Shown piece by piece: positions 1 to 12,000 of a stretch of 64,000 nt of DNA. The DNA is from Candidatus Kaiserbacteria bacterium (GTDB lineage: Bacteria; Patescibacteriota; Minisyncoccia; Phycocordibacterales; Phycocordibacteraceae), in assembly GCA_016182485.1 (NCBI GenBank), contig JACPGH010000005.1:305-64304 (forward strand). Direction: 5' to 3'. The notes beneath the pieces were generated by a model that worked only from the letters and a program-made list of their open reading frames with translations, made no database searches and was not told the origin of the DNA. Each line of letters opens with the position of its first letter. Position 1 is the first letter of the stretch. Position numbers and translations under genes: made by a program.

Positions 1-799
1 TGTGCTGTCCCGCGTTCACCCCTTGATAATTGACAATTCCGTCCGCGGCTCTAATGTTTGCTCCGCCGTTTGCGTCCGATGCCGTTACGCTGATGTTGTA
101 TTTTGACGGATTGCCGCCGTTCGGGTAGACGGGAGAACTGCTGATCGTAACGTTGTCTATGGTGGGGGCGGCGTTCGGAACCGGGCAGGTGAACGGCGCC
201 GATTGCGCGTAGGTACTGCTGTAACCGCTGACATTGTTATACGAATAAACTATGGCCCAGTTATAAGGGGTTCCGGGACCGGCAGACCCCGTAAAAGACG
301 TGCCGTAGATGGGGAAAACGCTTGCATCGTAAGATGTCGGGTAAGCACCGTCGCCGGCGTAATCCAAGTATAAGTGATATTTATCGGCTCCCGAAGCCGC
401 ATTCCACGCTATAGAGACGACTCCACTAGATGAGCAGGAAGCTGTTAGGCCGGTAGGTGCTGGTGGGGGCGAAGACGGGGGCGGCGTAGCTGGCGGGTTA
501 GCAGAGCCAGAGCTCGATGATTCAAGAATTCGCGCCGGCGCATTAGGCGCAGTCCTATCCGCTTCTACGCGCATCCAATTACTGCCTGACGTACAACGGA
601 AGGTAGTAGTGTTAGAGCCGCCGCCGCCCGAAGCCCACCGATAGTAGTCGGCTAGATTTTCCGCAGTGCATGTCCATCCGCTTATAGTAATGGTGCCAAA
701 TTCCGCGCGGGCTGACGGAACAAAAATAACTAATGATAGAACGATAAAAAACAGATAAAAAATACCAGATGAAGGACGATAGTTTAAATGAATATTCAT
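1..799 (-). CDS. Secreted protein, partial (runs off window; start at 799): signal peptide MNIHLNYRPSSGIFYLFFIVLSLVIFVPSARA, Pro-rich linker PPATPPPSSPPPAPTG, Ser/Thr/Gly-rich beta-type domains
   Basis: Manual minus-strand translation; open frame continues to window edge, so absent from ORF track; classic n/h/c signal peptide with AxA site. Confidence 0.55.
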   Translation of the reverse strand, partial: MNIHLNYRPSSGIFYLFFIVLSLVIFVPSARAEFGTITISGWTCTAENLADYYRWASGGGGSNTTTFRCTSGSNWMRVEADRTAPNAPARILESSSSGSANPPATPPPSSPPPAPTGLTASCSSSGVVSIAWNAASGADKYHLYLDYAGDGAYPTSYDASVFPIYGTSFTGSAGPGTPYNWAIVYSYNNVSGYSSTYAQSAPFTCPVPNAAPTIDNVTISSSPVYPNGGNPSKYNISVTASDANGGANIRAADGIVNYQGVNAGQH

Positions 800-909
800 A
801 CTTTACTTCATACTATACATAAGGTTCATGAATACTTAAACGGTTATCCACCGCTACATCTCTTCCTCTCTCTTGGGGTCCTAGAGGAGGGACATGCGAG
901 AATAAGAGC

Positions 910-1530
910 ATGCAGACGCTCTTCGACCTGCTCTTCCCTCCCCGGGCGGATGAGAAGATTTTGCGGGAGATACCGCTCGCAGAATTCTGCGCCCTTGAGA
1001 GGCCCGGGCTCGTGCCGGAAACACGGCCGGCGAGCGTTTCTCTCCTTACTTTCGGCGATCCGCGCGTGCGCGCGGCGCTCCATGAGGCCAAATACCACGG
1101 GAGCGGCCGGGCCTTCCGCTATCTCGGCGCCGTGCTCGCCGATTACCTTTCCGATATGGATGAGGGGTTTACGAAATCCATCATTATAGTGCCGGTGCCG
1201 CTCGGCCAAGCGCGCTTGCGTGAGCGGGGATTCAACCAAGCCGAGGAAATAGCCCGCCTTGCTCTCCATAGCCTAGGTGAGGAACTCTTCACCTTGGACG
1301 CGTCGTTGCTTGAGCGCGTGAAGGAGACCGAATCACAAGTGAATCTGGAAAGGGAGCGGAGGGAGAAGAACATGCGCGGCGCGTTCAAAGCAACGCGCCG
1401 CGCCGATCCGGACTCAGTCTATCTCCTCCTTGACGATACGCTCACCACCGGCGCGACTCTCCAAGCCGCCATCGACGCCCTTCGCGCCGCCGGCGCCGAG
1501 CGCATCATCCCGCTCGCTCTGGCCCACTAA
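910..1530 (+). CDS. ComF-family phosphoribosyltransferase (ComFC-like, lacks N-terminal zinc finger)
   Basis: RGFNQAEEIA and LLLDDTLTTGATL PRTase motifs typical of ComF/amidophosphoribosyltransferase-like proteins. Confidence 0.75.
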   Translation: MQTLFDLLFPPRADEKILREIPLAEFCALERPGLVPETRPASVSLLTFGDPRVRAALHEAKYHGSGRAFRYLGAVLADYLSDMDEGFTKSIIIVPVPLGQARLRERGFNQAEEIARLALHSLGEELFTLDASLLERVKETESQVNLERERREKNMRGAFKATRRADPDSVYLLLDDTLTTGATLQAAIDALRAAGAERIIPLALAH

Positions 1531-1553
1531 ATTTGCTATCGTGCAAAAGTATT

Positions 1554-1647
1554 GGATGGGTGTCTGAGAGGCTGAAAGAGGCGGATTGCTAATCCGCTGT
1601 ACGGGGTAAAATCCGTACCGAGGGTTCGAATCCCTCCCCATCCGCCA
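1554..1647 (+). tRNA. tRNA-Ser(GCU) with long variable arm and encoded CCA
   Basis: Acceptor ggatggg/cccatcc, anticodon loop ttGCTaa, long extra arm, T-arm ggttcgaatcc, 3' gCCA. Confidence 0.85.
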
Positions 1648-1674
1648 ATGATCTGTACCCTATAAAGTGGACAC

Positions 1675-1699
1675 GGGGTCGCGCCGAAGGCGCGACCCC
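1675..1699 (+). terminator. GC hairpin (ggggtcgcgcc gaag gcgcgacccc) downstream of tRNA-Ser
   Basis: Perfect 10-bp stem; no strong T-run. Confidence 0.35.
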
Positions 1700-1838
1700 A
1701 CTGCATTCCCCCGCCGAATCCAGAATCAATACCCGCCGTGTCACTCTTGTACATCCGAGCCGCGCTCCGCGGCAAGGAGCGAATGCCGTTCGAGCTATTT
1801 TTAAAATACACCGCTGAGTCTACAGCAAAATGCGAACA

Positions 1839-1869
1839 GAACCCCGCCGGCGCGGCGCCGGCGGGGTTC
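1839..1869 (-). terminator. Rho-independent terminator for DUF378 gene
   Basis: gaaccccgccggcg/cgccggcggggttc stem; on minus strand followed by tgttcgcattttgc. Confidence 0.55.
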
Positions 1870-1901
1870 TGTTTGCAAACGCAGATGCCGAGCGAACGAG
1901 C

Positions 1902-2129
1902 TTACATCCCCGGTTTGCAGTTGCGGCAGTCGCGCCCGTGCGTGAAGAGTAGCACGAGAGCGGAGAGACCGACTAGAAGGTATACGAGGCCCTCGACTTG
2001 CGGCCACTGGCCGAGTACGAGATTGACGACGTTCCAGTTGGCGCCCATATACGTTCCGAGCGCCACGAGACCCCAGTTCAGGGCCCCTATGATTACTAGG
2101 ACGAACGCGATTTTGTGCAGAGCTCTCAT
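1902..2129 (-). CDS. DUF378 family small membrane protein
   Basis: IGALNWGLVAL...NVVNLVLG motif typical of DUF378 (YuzA-like) two-TM proteins. Confidence 0.7.
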   Translation of the reverse strand: MRALHKIAFVLVIIGALNWGLVALGTYMGANWNVVNLVLGQWPQVEGLVYLLVGLSALVLLFTHGRDCRNCKPGM

Positions 2130-2269
2130 GAAGGGTGTTAGATGGTTAAAGCGGAGGTCCGCCTGCTTCTAGTATGCTCTCTCCTACGCCTGCCGACAGA
2201 CCCCCCTGTGCAGAACTTCGAAAAGACCGCCACATCGATGCCGTACTATGATTAGGTGACAATTATGAT

Positions 2270-3952
2270 ATGAAAGAAGCAGAGACAGAAGAGAAGGACT
2301 ACGAGACTCTCTCCTTGGACCCCGGCATCTTCACCGATTCAACGCGCGTCCTGACCTCCAAGGAACAGGCGAGGCGCCAGCGCTTGCTCGCAGCGCTGGC
2401 AAAGAGTTCGGAGCTCCTCGCCATAGAAAAAAGCATCGATTCAATTCTCGAGGGGATCGCGCAAAGCGTCGGCAGAGCTTTGGACGCAAAGTACGTGAAT
2501 TTCTGGGATTTCACCCCGGACAAGAAAGGCGTCTATATCCGCGCGGCGTACGGCATGCAGCAGCAATACCTCGAACATTCAAAACGCGTCCCCCTGCTCC
2601 TTGGGACTGCTTGGATAGGACGCGCTATGCAGACTGGCAAGATATGGGCGACCTCGAACGTTCAAAAAGATCCTCTCCTTCCCTCCTCGTGGCTTCCGGC
2701 GGTGGAGCGGCAAGGATACCACGGGCTTGTCTGCACGCCGCTTAAGATCAAGGATCGCATCATCGGCGGCATGTGCATTTATTACGACGATATCCATGAA
2801 TTCGAACCGTTCGAGATGACCATAGCGGGCATCGTCGCCAACCAAGCGGCGACCGCAGTCGAGAACAGCCGCATTTTCGTCGAGCTCGAGGCGGAGCGCC
2901 GCAAGACGCTTTCCATCGTGCAGAGCCTGAACGACGGCCTTATCATGTACGACTTGCAGGGCGTCATAATATTCTTCAACTCGAGAGCCGAAGCGCTTCT
3001 GGGGCTCGCCGCAAAGGAGGTCGTCGGCATATGCCCCTCCGTTTCTTTTGCCGAAGGCCATATACATCGCGAGAACCTGCTTTCCATATACAGCCGGCCG
3101 CAGTCCGATTATGAGAATTGGGAGTTCAGTACGGATAAACCCTGCCGCCTAGTTCTGTTGATCACCAGGATCCCTGTCCGGGATGAATTGGGACAGCAAA
3201 TCGGCATGGTGCAGGTACTGCATGACGTGACGCACGAGCGGGAAGTGGAGCAATTGAAGGCGAACTTCCTCACGACGGCATCCCATCAGCTGCGTACGCC
3301 GCTTGCCGGGATCAAATGGGCGCTCGAAGCATTGCACAAGGATAGCGCCGGTTTCACTCCCTCCCAAAAGGCTCTCGTGGAGGAGACCGCTAAGACGAAT
3401 CAGAATCTCATAACCCTCATAAACGACCTGCTCGACGTTTCCCGCATAGAGGAAAACAAGCTTGGCTGCATTTTGACGGAGACGGATCTCGTCGCGCTCG
3501 CGAAGGAGGCCGTCAGCGAATTCAAGGAAGAGGCGACCCGCCTAGGCATCACGCTCGACCTAACTGCGCCGGACCATGCGCTTTCCGCAGTGAGCGTCGA
3601 CAGGGAGAAAATGATGCTCGCCGTGGGCAACCTGATAGACAACGCGATCAAATACACCCCGGAGGGAGGAACCGTCTCCGTTACCCTTGAAGAAAAGGAC
3701 GGATCGCTCTCGCTTTCGGTACGGGATACCGGGATCGGCATAGCCGAAAAGGACCAGGCGTTCCTTTTCAACAAATTTTTCCGCTCTCCGAACGCCGTCC
3801 TTAAGGAGACGGCGGGATCCGGCCTAGGCCTGTATATCGCAAAGCAGATCGTAGAGATCAATCACGGAACCCTGCGTTTCGCTTCACGCCTTGGAGAAGG
3901 CTCGACGTTCTCGATCGAGTTGCCGATTGCCCCTACTCTCAAACAGGCTTAA
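2270..3952 (+). CDS. Sensor histidine kinase with GAF and PAS domains
   Basis: H-box SHQLRTPLAGIKW, N/G1/G2 boxes (IDNAIKYT, DTGIGI, GSGLGL); N-terminal GAF-like and PAS-like regions. Confidence 0.85.
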   Translation: MKEAETEEKDYETLSLDPGIFTDSTRVLTSKEQARRQRLLAALAKSSELLAIEKSIDSILEGIAQSVGRALDAKYVNFWDFTPDKKGVYIRAAYGMQQQYLEHSKRVPLLLGTAWIGRAMQTGKIWATSNVQKDPLLPSSWLPAVERQGYHGLVCTPLKIKDRIIGGMCIYYDDIHEFEPFEMTIAGIVANQAATAVENSRIFVELEAERRKTLSIVQSLNDGLIMYDLQGVIIFFNSRAEALLGLAAKEVVGICPSVSFAEGHIHRENLLSIYSRPQSDYENWEFSTDKPCRLVLLITRIPVRDELGQQIGMVQVLHDVTHEREVEQLKANFLTTASHQLRTPLAGIKWALEALHKDSAGFTPSQKALVEETAKTNQNLITLINDLLDVSRIEENKLGCILTETDLVALAKEAVSEFKEEATRLGITLDLTAPDHALSAVSVDREKMMLAVGNLIDNAIKYTPEGGTVSVTLEEKDGSLSLSVRDTGIGIAEKDQAFLFNKFFRSPNAVLKETAGSGLGLYIAKQIVEINHGTLRFASRLGEGSTFSIELPIAPTLKQA

Positions 3953-4509
3953 GCCGTTTCCTTATCGAAGACGGTTCTCTGCGCGGCGCCGTACACGCCT
4001 TCGCCGGCAAGGATCACGCGGCGCAAGAAGGCCGTTGCGAGCCCGATGAGGAGACCGAGGAGAATTAGCGCGCCGTACGGCAGCATGGCCCTAAACGCCA
4101 CTTCGAGAGAATACGCTCCGGCAAATCCGCCGAAGACATACGCGAAGTAGCCGGCGTACGAGAAGAAGTAGGCGGGCGCAAGCTCGAAGAGACTGGTGAG
4201 CTCGAGCATGACGATCGTGAAGGCGACGAAGAATACAGTGAGCGGCAAGGCCCACGTGCCTCCCGAGTAGGTGCTGATCTGCGGAGCGACCCAGAGCGTC
4301 ACATAGCCGAACACAATGCCGCCCAAGAGACCGACGATTTCTTTCGGGAGCCGCCTGAGTTTCGTGGCATCTGGGTCGTAGACGAAGTACATCGGCCAGC
4401 TGATGAACGGCACCCACAACGCGAGGCTATAATACTGCCCGGCGACGATCCACAGAGCGGCAACCAGAGCGACAATGAGCGCGACCGGAATAAATTTGGC
4501 AACAGTCAT
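3949..4509 (-). CDS. Polytopic membrane protein (DUF1097-like?)
   Basis: 5-6 predicted TM helices, no catalytic motifs recognised. Confidence 0.55.
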   Translation of the reverse strand: MTVAKFIPVALIVALVAALWIVAGQYYSLALWVPFISWPMYFVYDPDATKLRRLPKEIVGLLGGIVFGYVTLWVAPQISTYSGGTWALPLTVFFVAFTIVMLELTSLFELAPAYFFSYAGYFAYVFGGFAGAYSLEVAFRAMLPYGALILLGLLIGLATAFLRRVILAGEGVYGAAQRTVFDKETA

Positions 4510-4547
4510 ATTCGTAGTTTATTCGTAAATAATGGCACTGGGACCGG

Positions 4548-4949
4548 TCAAGGGCCCGCATGCCGGCTCACGATATCCTCGACTTTCCCAGTTATCTCCT
4601 CTATCAAGCTGTTTGCTTTGACCAGATAGCCGGCCGCGCCCAGATCAAGGCCGCGCTTTATTTCCTCTTTGCTGCCCAGATTTGAGAGAATGAGGATTGG
4701 GATAGATTTCGTCGATTCTCCTCTTTTCAGCTCGCCCAAAATATCGAAGCCGTTGGCCCCGGGCAAGACAATGTCAAGGAGCACGATATCCGGCTTCCAG
4801 GACTGCACCTTTTCTACGACCTGCCTCCCATCCGTAATAAGATCGACGTCAAACCCTTCCTCGCGCAAATGGTTCGTGAGTACACCCGACAGGAGAGAAT
4901 CATCTTCTACGAGCACTACTCTGCCTTTCTTGCCTTCTGCCGGTGCCAT
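4548..4949 (-). CDS. Single-domain response regulator (CheY-like receiver)
   Basis: VVLVEDD...DIVLLDIVLP...ILILSNLG...GAAGYLVK receiver signature; no output domain. Confidence 0.8.
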   Translation of the reverse strand: MAPAEGKKGRVVLVEDDSLLSGVLTNHLREEGFDVDLITDGRQVVEKVQSWKPDIVLLDIVLPGANGFDILGELKRGESTKSIPILILSNLGSKEEIKRGLDLGAAGYLVKANSLIEEITGKVEDIVSRHAGP

Positions 4950-5002
4950 TCTTTCATTATACGAGCGCGGGGGAGGCTTGCGGGAGCTATCAACAGCACT
5001 GT

Positions 5003-5683
5003 TCAGGCGCGGGAGCTGGCATCCGAAAGGATCAGGCCGTCGTCCATCTTCACGATCCGGCCGGTAACGCGGGCGTATTCCTCCTCGTGAGTGACCATGA
5101 TGATCGTCTGCCCGACGGCGTGGAGCTCCTTGAATATCCCGATGACGCGAGCGGAGGACTCGCGGTCGAGATTGGCGGTTGGCTCGTCGGCAAAAAGCAC
5201 TTTCGGATCGTGCGCGATCGCCCGGGCGATCGAGACGCGCTGCTGCTCGCCGCCCGAGAGCTGGGAAGGCAGGTTCAGAAGCCGGGGGAGCAGTCCGACG
5301 CGCGAGAGCGCCGCCGTGGCCTTCGAGCGGGCGGCTTCCTTCGCGTATCCCTGCATAAGGAGCGGCAGCATGACGTTCTCGAGCGCGGAGAGTTCCGGCA
5401 AGAGCGCGTAGTCCTGAAAAACGTAGCCGAAAGAAAGCAGACGTATCTTGATCTCCTCGTTCTGGCTCATGAGACGGGTCGAACGCCCTTCGACGAACAC
5501 GTCCCCTCCCGAGGGCTCGTCGAGAAGCGACAGCTGATAAAGCAGCGTGCTCTTCCCCGCCCCCGAGCGGCCCATGATAGCGACGAATTCTCCCTGCGCG
5601 ACCTTAATATCTATGCCTTTAAGCACCCGCGTTTCGCGCTCGCCGTCTTTAAAACTCTTCACCAGCTGTTTGGCTTCAATCAT
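5003..5683 (-). CDS. ABC transporter ATP-binding protein (MacB/LolD-like)
   Basis: Walker [10 protein letters not shown], signature [14 protein letters not shown], Walker B LFADEPT. Confidence 0.9.
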   Translation of the reverse strand: MIEAKQLVKSFKDGERETRVLKGIDIKVAQGEFVAIMGRSGAGKSTLLYQLSLLDEPSGGDVFVEGRSTRLMSQNEEIKIRLLSFGYVFQDYALLPELSALENVMLPLLMQGYAKEAARSKATAALSRVGLLPRLLNLPSQLSGGEQQRVSIARAIAHDPKVLFADEPTANLDRESSARVIGIFKELHAVGQTIIMVTHEEEYARVTGRIVKMDDGLILSDASSRA

Positions 5684-5778
5684 GGTTCGACTACGCTCAC
5701 CATAAATGTTCGACTTTGCTCACCATAATGGTTCGACTACGCTCACCATAAAATGTTCGACTTTGCTCACCATAAATA
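5684..5778 (-). repeat. Four tandem ~23-bp repeats (minus: ATGGTGAGCRWAGTCGAACMWTT) filling the entire permease-ATPase intergenic gap
   Basis: Units catggttcgactacgctcac / cataaatgttcgactttgctcac alternate A-B-A-B; each carries ATG and a GGTGAG SD-like core; encode mini-ORFs [33 protein letters not shown] whose last TGA overlaps the ATPase ATG. Confidence 0.85.
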
Positions 5779-7038
5779 TCAATTGCGTCCGAGAATGGAA
5801 TCGAGCGTATTCTTGCGCACGATCATCCGCGCCGGAAGATAGCCGGCGATAATGGTCGTGAGTGTGAGGATCGCGATGCGTATGAGTGTATCTGGGACCG
5901 GCGCGACGAGGATGGCGTTGCTGATCGGCAGGCTGATCGGATGCGCGGAAATATACGGAACGAGAAATCCGTACAGTATGGCGAATCCGATACCGCTGCC
6001 GATAATCGCGTAAAAAAGGGATTGGCAGACATAGGAAAACTCGATCGCCTCGCCCGATATGCCGATGCCCTTCAAGATGCCTATGAATTTCCGCCGCGTG
6101 AGCGCGTTGATGAATATGACGATGAAGATAGTTATCGCGGCGACGGCGAGGCCCACCGAGCCGATCGCGTTGCCGATGGCGGCGAACGTATTCGTGATCT
6201 CCGCGATCCCGTTCGGAATCGCGTCGAGGAAGGACTGCACCTTGGCGTCTTCGCCGAGGCCGCTTCGCAGGAGAAGGTCCCGGAAGGCTTCCGCGTCGGC
6301 TCCCGGCGCGAGCTTGATGGCGATCTCGTCCACGTTCTGATCGGTCCGCCCGGCGAGCTGGGCGAGCTCGCGCTCTAGCATAAAGACCTTGAGCGCGAGC
6401 GGCGAATTCGCCGTAGTGACGAGAATGCCCTTCACCGTAACGATTCGAGTGGACCCGTTTACCGTAAGCCGTATCTTCGTGCCCGGATAGACATTTTTCA
6501 GGGGCGTTAGCGTGGGCATTTCCCCGAAAGAATAGCGGTCCACGAACTGCGAGCCGAGTAGGACGGCATCATAATCGCCGGGCGAGAGATATTCGCCCTC
6601 GGCGACATACTTCGCCAAACCGGAGAATTTATTCTCGGCGACCGGCTCTATGCCGGTGATAGAAGCCGAGGTCGAGTTGGGCTTCTCGGAAAAATCCGTG
6701 CGGTTCTGATAATTCGCTTCGAGCGTGCCGCCCGCGATAGTCCGGTACGCGATCTTCTCCGCCTCCGGCAGGCTGCGGACTAGGGAAAGGATCTCCTGGC
6801 TGTTACCGATGTAATCTTCCGTGGCCAGCGCGGAGAGATACACGTCCCCGGTTTCGAGCAGCCGGAACTGGTCCGTGATGCCCTGCACAATGCCTACCAA
6901 GATGCCCGTCACGATGACGAGATTTAGGAAGGTGAGCAGCATCACGAAGACGATGAGCGAGGTCGTCCAAAGGCTCGCGCGGCGTATCTGCCGCACGGCG
7001 AGAAACCAGCCGACGCGGATATTGGTAAGCGAGAACAT
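5779..7038 (-). CDS. ABC transporter permease, FtsX/MacB-like
   Basis: N-terminal TM, large periplasmic domain, C-terminal 3-TM FtsX-like bundle; operon with ATPase and HlyD adaptor. Confidence 0.85.
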   Translation of the reverse strand: MFSLTNIRVGWFLAVRQIRRASLWTTSLIVFVMLLTFLNLVIVTGILVGIVQGITDQFRLLETGDVYLSALATEDYIGNSQEILSLVRSLPEAEKIAYRTIAGGTLEANYQNRTDFSEKPNSTSASITGIEPVAENKFSGLAKYVAEGEYLSPGDYDAVLLGSQFVDRYSFGEMPTLTPLKNVYPGTKIRLTVNGSTRIVTVKGILVTTANSPLALKVFMLERELAQLAGRTDQNVDEIAIKLAPGADAEAFRDLLLRSGLGEDAKVQSFLDAIPNGIAEITNTFAAIGNAIGSVGLAVAAITIFIVIFINALTRRKFIGILKGIGISGEAIEFSYVCQSLFYAIIGSGIGFAILYGFLVPYISAHPISLPISNAILVAPVPDTLIRIAILTLTTIIAGYLPARMIVRKNTLDSILGRN

Positions 7039-7040
7039 AC

Positions 7041-8555
7041 TTACGGCAGTAGCGGCGAGAGCCGAATCACGTCGCCCTCCTCGAGCCCCGACACGATCTC
7101 TATCTGTCCGGTCGAGGGAATCCTGCCGGTTGTCACCGGGCGGTTCTCGGTACGCCCGTCTACGACAACTGTCACAAATTTGCCAAGAACACCTTCTCCC
7201 ACGGCTCCGATCGGTATGACGATCGCGCCCGAGAGCGTACCGGTCGTGATAACGACATCCGCCGTCATACCGCTCCGGATGCGTGAGTCTCTAGATAAAA
7301 AAGCGAGGGTCGTTTTATACGTGGGAACGCCGTCTTTAACGGTTTCTGCCGGATCGACCGCGATTACTTTCGCAGGGAAAGCGGCTCCGGAACCGTATGC
7401 GTCTAACGTCGTCGTCGCCGTATTGCCGACCGTGACCGTTCCGATGGCGACTTCGGGAACGAACGTCTCTATCTGAAAGAGCCCGTCGCTCTGCATGGAG
7501 ATCAGGGCGTCCGACGGCGATACTATGGAGCCGGCTTTAGCGTCCATACGCGTCACTATGCCGTCAAAAGGCGCTACGACGCGCGTCTCCGCGAGCGCGG
7601 CCGCCGCGCTCGCCACCTCCGCCTGCGCCGCGGCCACCGCCGCTTCTTCGGCGGCGACCGCTTCGAGCGTCGGACCCGCTTGCTTGAGCGCGAGCGTTTT
7701 TTCCGCCGAGTCGAGAGTAGCGCTGTCGGCAGTTATGGCAGCGGCGGCCGCGTTTATGCTCGTACGGCCGGCGGCGATATCAGTACCGTACGATGTGAGC
7801 GACGCCGCCGTAACAGTGCCGCTCGGCAATCCCTGATTTACCGCCGCGCTTGCATCATTTAAGAGCGCCAGCACCCGCGCAAGGTAGGCTTGCGCCTGTT
7901 TGGCCGAGGCGGCGGCGTTGTCATTCGTCAATCGCGCGACCATGAGCGCCCAAGCCGCGAGCGTCTCCTCGACTGCGACACGGTCGCGCTCGAGCGCCGA
8001 CTTGAGAGTCATATTAGAAACAAGGAAGGTAATCCTCGGATCTTTTGACCGAGAGTCGGAAAAGAACTGATCCACCTTCGTGCGCACAGTATCGTCGGCA
8101 GTCGTATAAGCGCTTCGGATGGAGTCGAGAAGCCCGGCGCGCGCGTTCGTGACCGCGATAGCGGCCACCGCGACTTCTTCAGATCGCGTCCCGGCTTTAA
8201 GCGAAGCCAGATCCGCCTGCGCCTTCTTGAGCGCCGCCTGTTTCTGCGAAAGAGCCGCGGCCAGATCGCCGTTCTCGATCTGAGCAAGCATGGTGCCCGC
8301 ACGCACTCTTTGGCCGACTGCGGCGTAGGTACCGGAAATTCGACCGTTCGCCGCGAATCCCAGGCGGACGTCCTGCTTGGCGGTTACGGTCCCTGACACG
8401 TTTACCCGCTCGACGACGTTTGCGCGGCGTACGGAGAGCGTGGCTCCCGAGGCGCCTCCCCTGCCGAAAAAGAACCAGGCAAGGAAAAGGACTACCGCCA
8501 GAGCGAGCGCGTAGCGCCATCCTCGAGCTGCCAATCGACGGAGGGAGAGAATCAT
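7041..8555 (-). CDS. HlyD/MacA-family periplasmic adaptor (membrane fusion protein) with unusually long Ala-rich coiled-coil hairpin
   Basis: N-terminal TM anchor, biotinyl-lipoyl-like and beta-barrel segments, ~250-aa AQ-rich helical insertion. Confidence 0.8.
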   Translation of the reverse strand: MILSLRRLAARGWRYALALAVVLFLAWFFFGRGGASGATLSVRRANVVERVNVSGTVTAKQDVRLGFAANGRISGTYAAVGQRVRAGTMLAQIENGDLAAALSQKQAALKKAQADLASLKAGTRSEEVAVAAIAVTNARAGLLDSIRSAYTTADDTVRTKVDQFFSDSRSKDPRITFLVSNMTLKSALERDRVAVEETLAAWALMVARLTNDNAAASAKQAQAYLARVLALLNDASAAVNQGLPSGTVTAASLTSYGTDIAAGRTSINAAAAAITADSATLDSAEKTLALKQAGPTLEAVAAEEAAVAAAQAEVASAAAALAETRVVAPFDGIVTRMDAKAGSIVSPSDALISMQSDGLFQIETFVPEVAIGTVTVGNTATTTLDAYGSGAAFPAKVIAVDPAETVKDGVPTYKTTLAFLSRDSRIRSGMTADVVITTGTLSGAIVIPIGAVGEGVLGKFVTVVVDGRTENRPVTTGRIPSTGQIEIVSGLEEGDVIRLSPLLP

Positions 8556-8632
8556 CAGCTGGAGTCTACCACTGCCGGCATTTATGTAAAAAGTCGGACG
8601 GCGCCCAGAGCACGTCGAGTATACTAAGGGTA

Positions 8633-11016
<2,384 letters not shown>

Positions 11017-11042
11017 CTAGTTGCTGGAAGCTGGTAAATTCT

Positions 11043-11354
11043 CTAGCTTCTTTTAATAAGGCTTATCTCGGACTCCGCGAGTACGTACATTTCCTCCCCG
11101 TCGATCTTCAAGGGCTCGTCCCACGGTTTTTTGAAAACGATCTCGTCCCCTACCGCGACCTCCATCGCAATACGATCGCCGCTTTCTCCGTGCTTGCCGG
11201 GGCCGACGGCAACTACTGTGCCCGTCATGAGCTTATCCTTTTCGACCGTTTCGGGCAGGATGATGCCGGACGCGAGCTTCTTCTCGCCGGCTTTCGCGTC
11301 GGGCTTCACGAGAACGCGATCGGCTAGCGGCGTAAACGCCAATTTTTTCGCCAT
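11043..11354 (-). CDS. groS: Co-chaperonin GroES
   Basis: MAKKLAFTPLADRVLVKP... Cpn10 signature. Confidence 0.95.
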   Translation of the reverse strand: MAKKLAFTPLADRVLVKPDAKAGEKKLASGIILPETVEKDKLMTGTVVAVGPGKHGESGDRIAMEVAVGDEIVFKKPWDEPLKIDGEEMYVLAESEISLIKRS

Positions 11355-11535
11355 ATCTTTTATCTAAAATTAATAATCATCCGTGTCTGCCGTTTTCCTA
11401 ACTATAAAGAAGTCTTCATCTGCCCGCAACTTGACAGAAAAAATATATGCGACATCATTTATATAGATGTCATTAACGTAAAGAGCTAGTTGTTTGTGGT
11501 AATCTGCATCAAGACTGCTACTGTGGGGAGGCCGC

Positions 11536-11610
11536 ATGTCGGTCATTCTGCTTCCGCTGTTCGCATTTGCCCTCACTCTCTTCTTAATCGGCTGGCTGAT
11601 CGATTCCTGA
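11536..11610 (+). CDS. Small ORF, 24-aa hydrophobic peptide MSVILLPLFAFALTLFLIGWLIDS
   Basis: GGGGAGG Shine-Dalgarno 5 nt upstream of ATG; immediately followed by strong terminator; below ORF-track size cutoff. Confidence 0.4.
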   Translation: MSVILLPLFAFALTLFLIGWLIDS

Positions 11611-11631
11611 CCAGCCGACCACCCGCCGCCC

Positions 11632-11670
11632 GCCGCGGGTCCTCAAGGACCCGCGGCGGCCCTCTTTTTA
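11632..11670 (+). terminator. Rho-independent terminator
   Basis: gccgcgggtcc tcaa ggacccgcggc followed by ggccctcttttta. Confidence 0.6.
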
Positions 11671-11717
11671 TACACACTTGCGCCGCGCCCTTCGCCCGTG
11701 GTACGCTCAAAGCACAG

Positions 11718-11957
11718 ATGGAGGCACTCGTACCGGTATTACCGTACGCGGAAATCATCCTTTCAATCCTCCTCATCGTCGGCATCGTACTGCAGCAGCG
11801 CGGCGCTACTTTGGGCGGAGCATTCGGGGGAGATAATTTCGCGTCCACGTTCTATAAGCGCCGCGGCGCGGAACGGTTCCTATTCAAGGCGACGATCGTT
11901 ATCGCCACCCTTTTGGTGCTTTCGGCGATCTCGAATTTCCTTCTGGCACCCCGTTAG
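11718..11957 (+). CDS. secG: Preprotein translocase subunit SecG
   Basis: Two-TM ~79-aa protein with LLIVGIVLQQRGATLGGAFGG...FLFKATIVIATLLVLSAISNFL matching SecG; upstream part of ORF 11490 is spurious. Confidence 0.7.
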   Translation: MEALVPVLPYAEIILSILLIVGIVLQQRGATLGGAFGGDNFASTFYKRRGAERFLFKATIVIATLLVLSAISNFLLAPR

Positions 11958-12000
11958 AAAACCATTGAGATGCCCGCGCAGACGGAATCTAACTATATGT

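Noticed and set aside
1738-2172. 144-aa + strand ORF with AAGGAG upstream
   Set aside because: It overlaps the well-supported DUF378 gene and its terminator hairpin on the opposite strand; the product is Arg/Pro-rich with no recognisable features.
5684-5778. Possible CRISPR array (regular short direct repeats)
   Set aside because: Units are contiguous with no spacers and units differ from each other; there are no cas genes. The same applies to the (AAATGTTT)9 and TTAAATAT tracts, which are microsatellites.
8420-8632. Upstream in-frame extension of the histidine phosphatase ORF
   Set aside because: It overlaps the HlyD start on the opposite strand and is Arg-rich low-complexity. A TM-containing N-terminus begins at the internal Met (8633) with a -10 box just upstream.
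11370-11576. 68-aa minus-strand ORF upstream of groES
   Set aside because: It lies in the groES promoter region and overlaps the SD-preceded + strand sORF; it has no SD and an odd composition.
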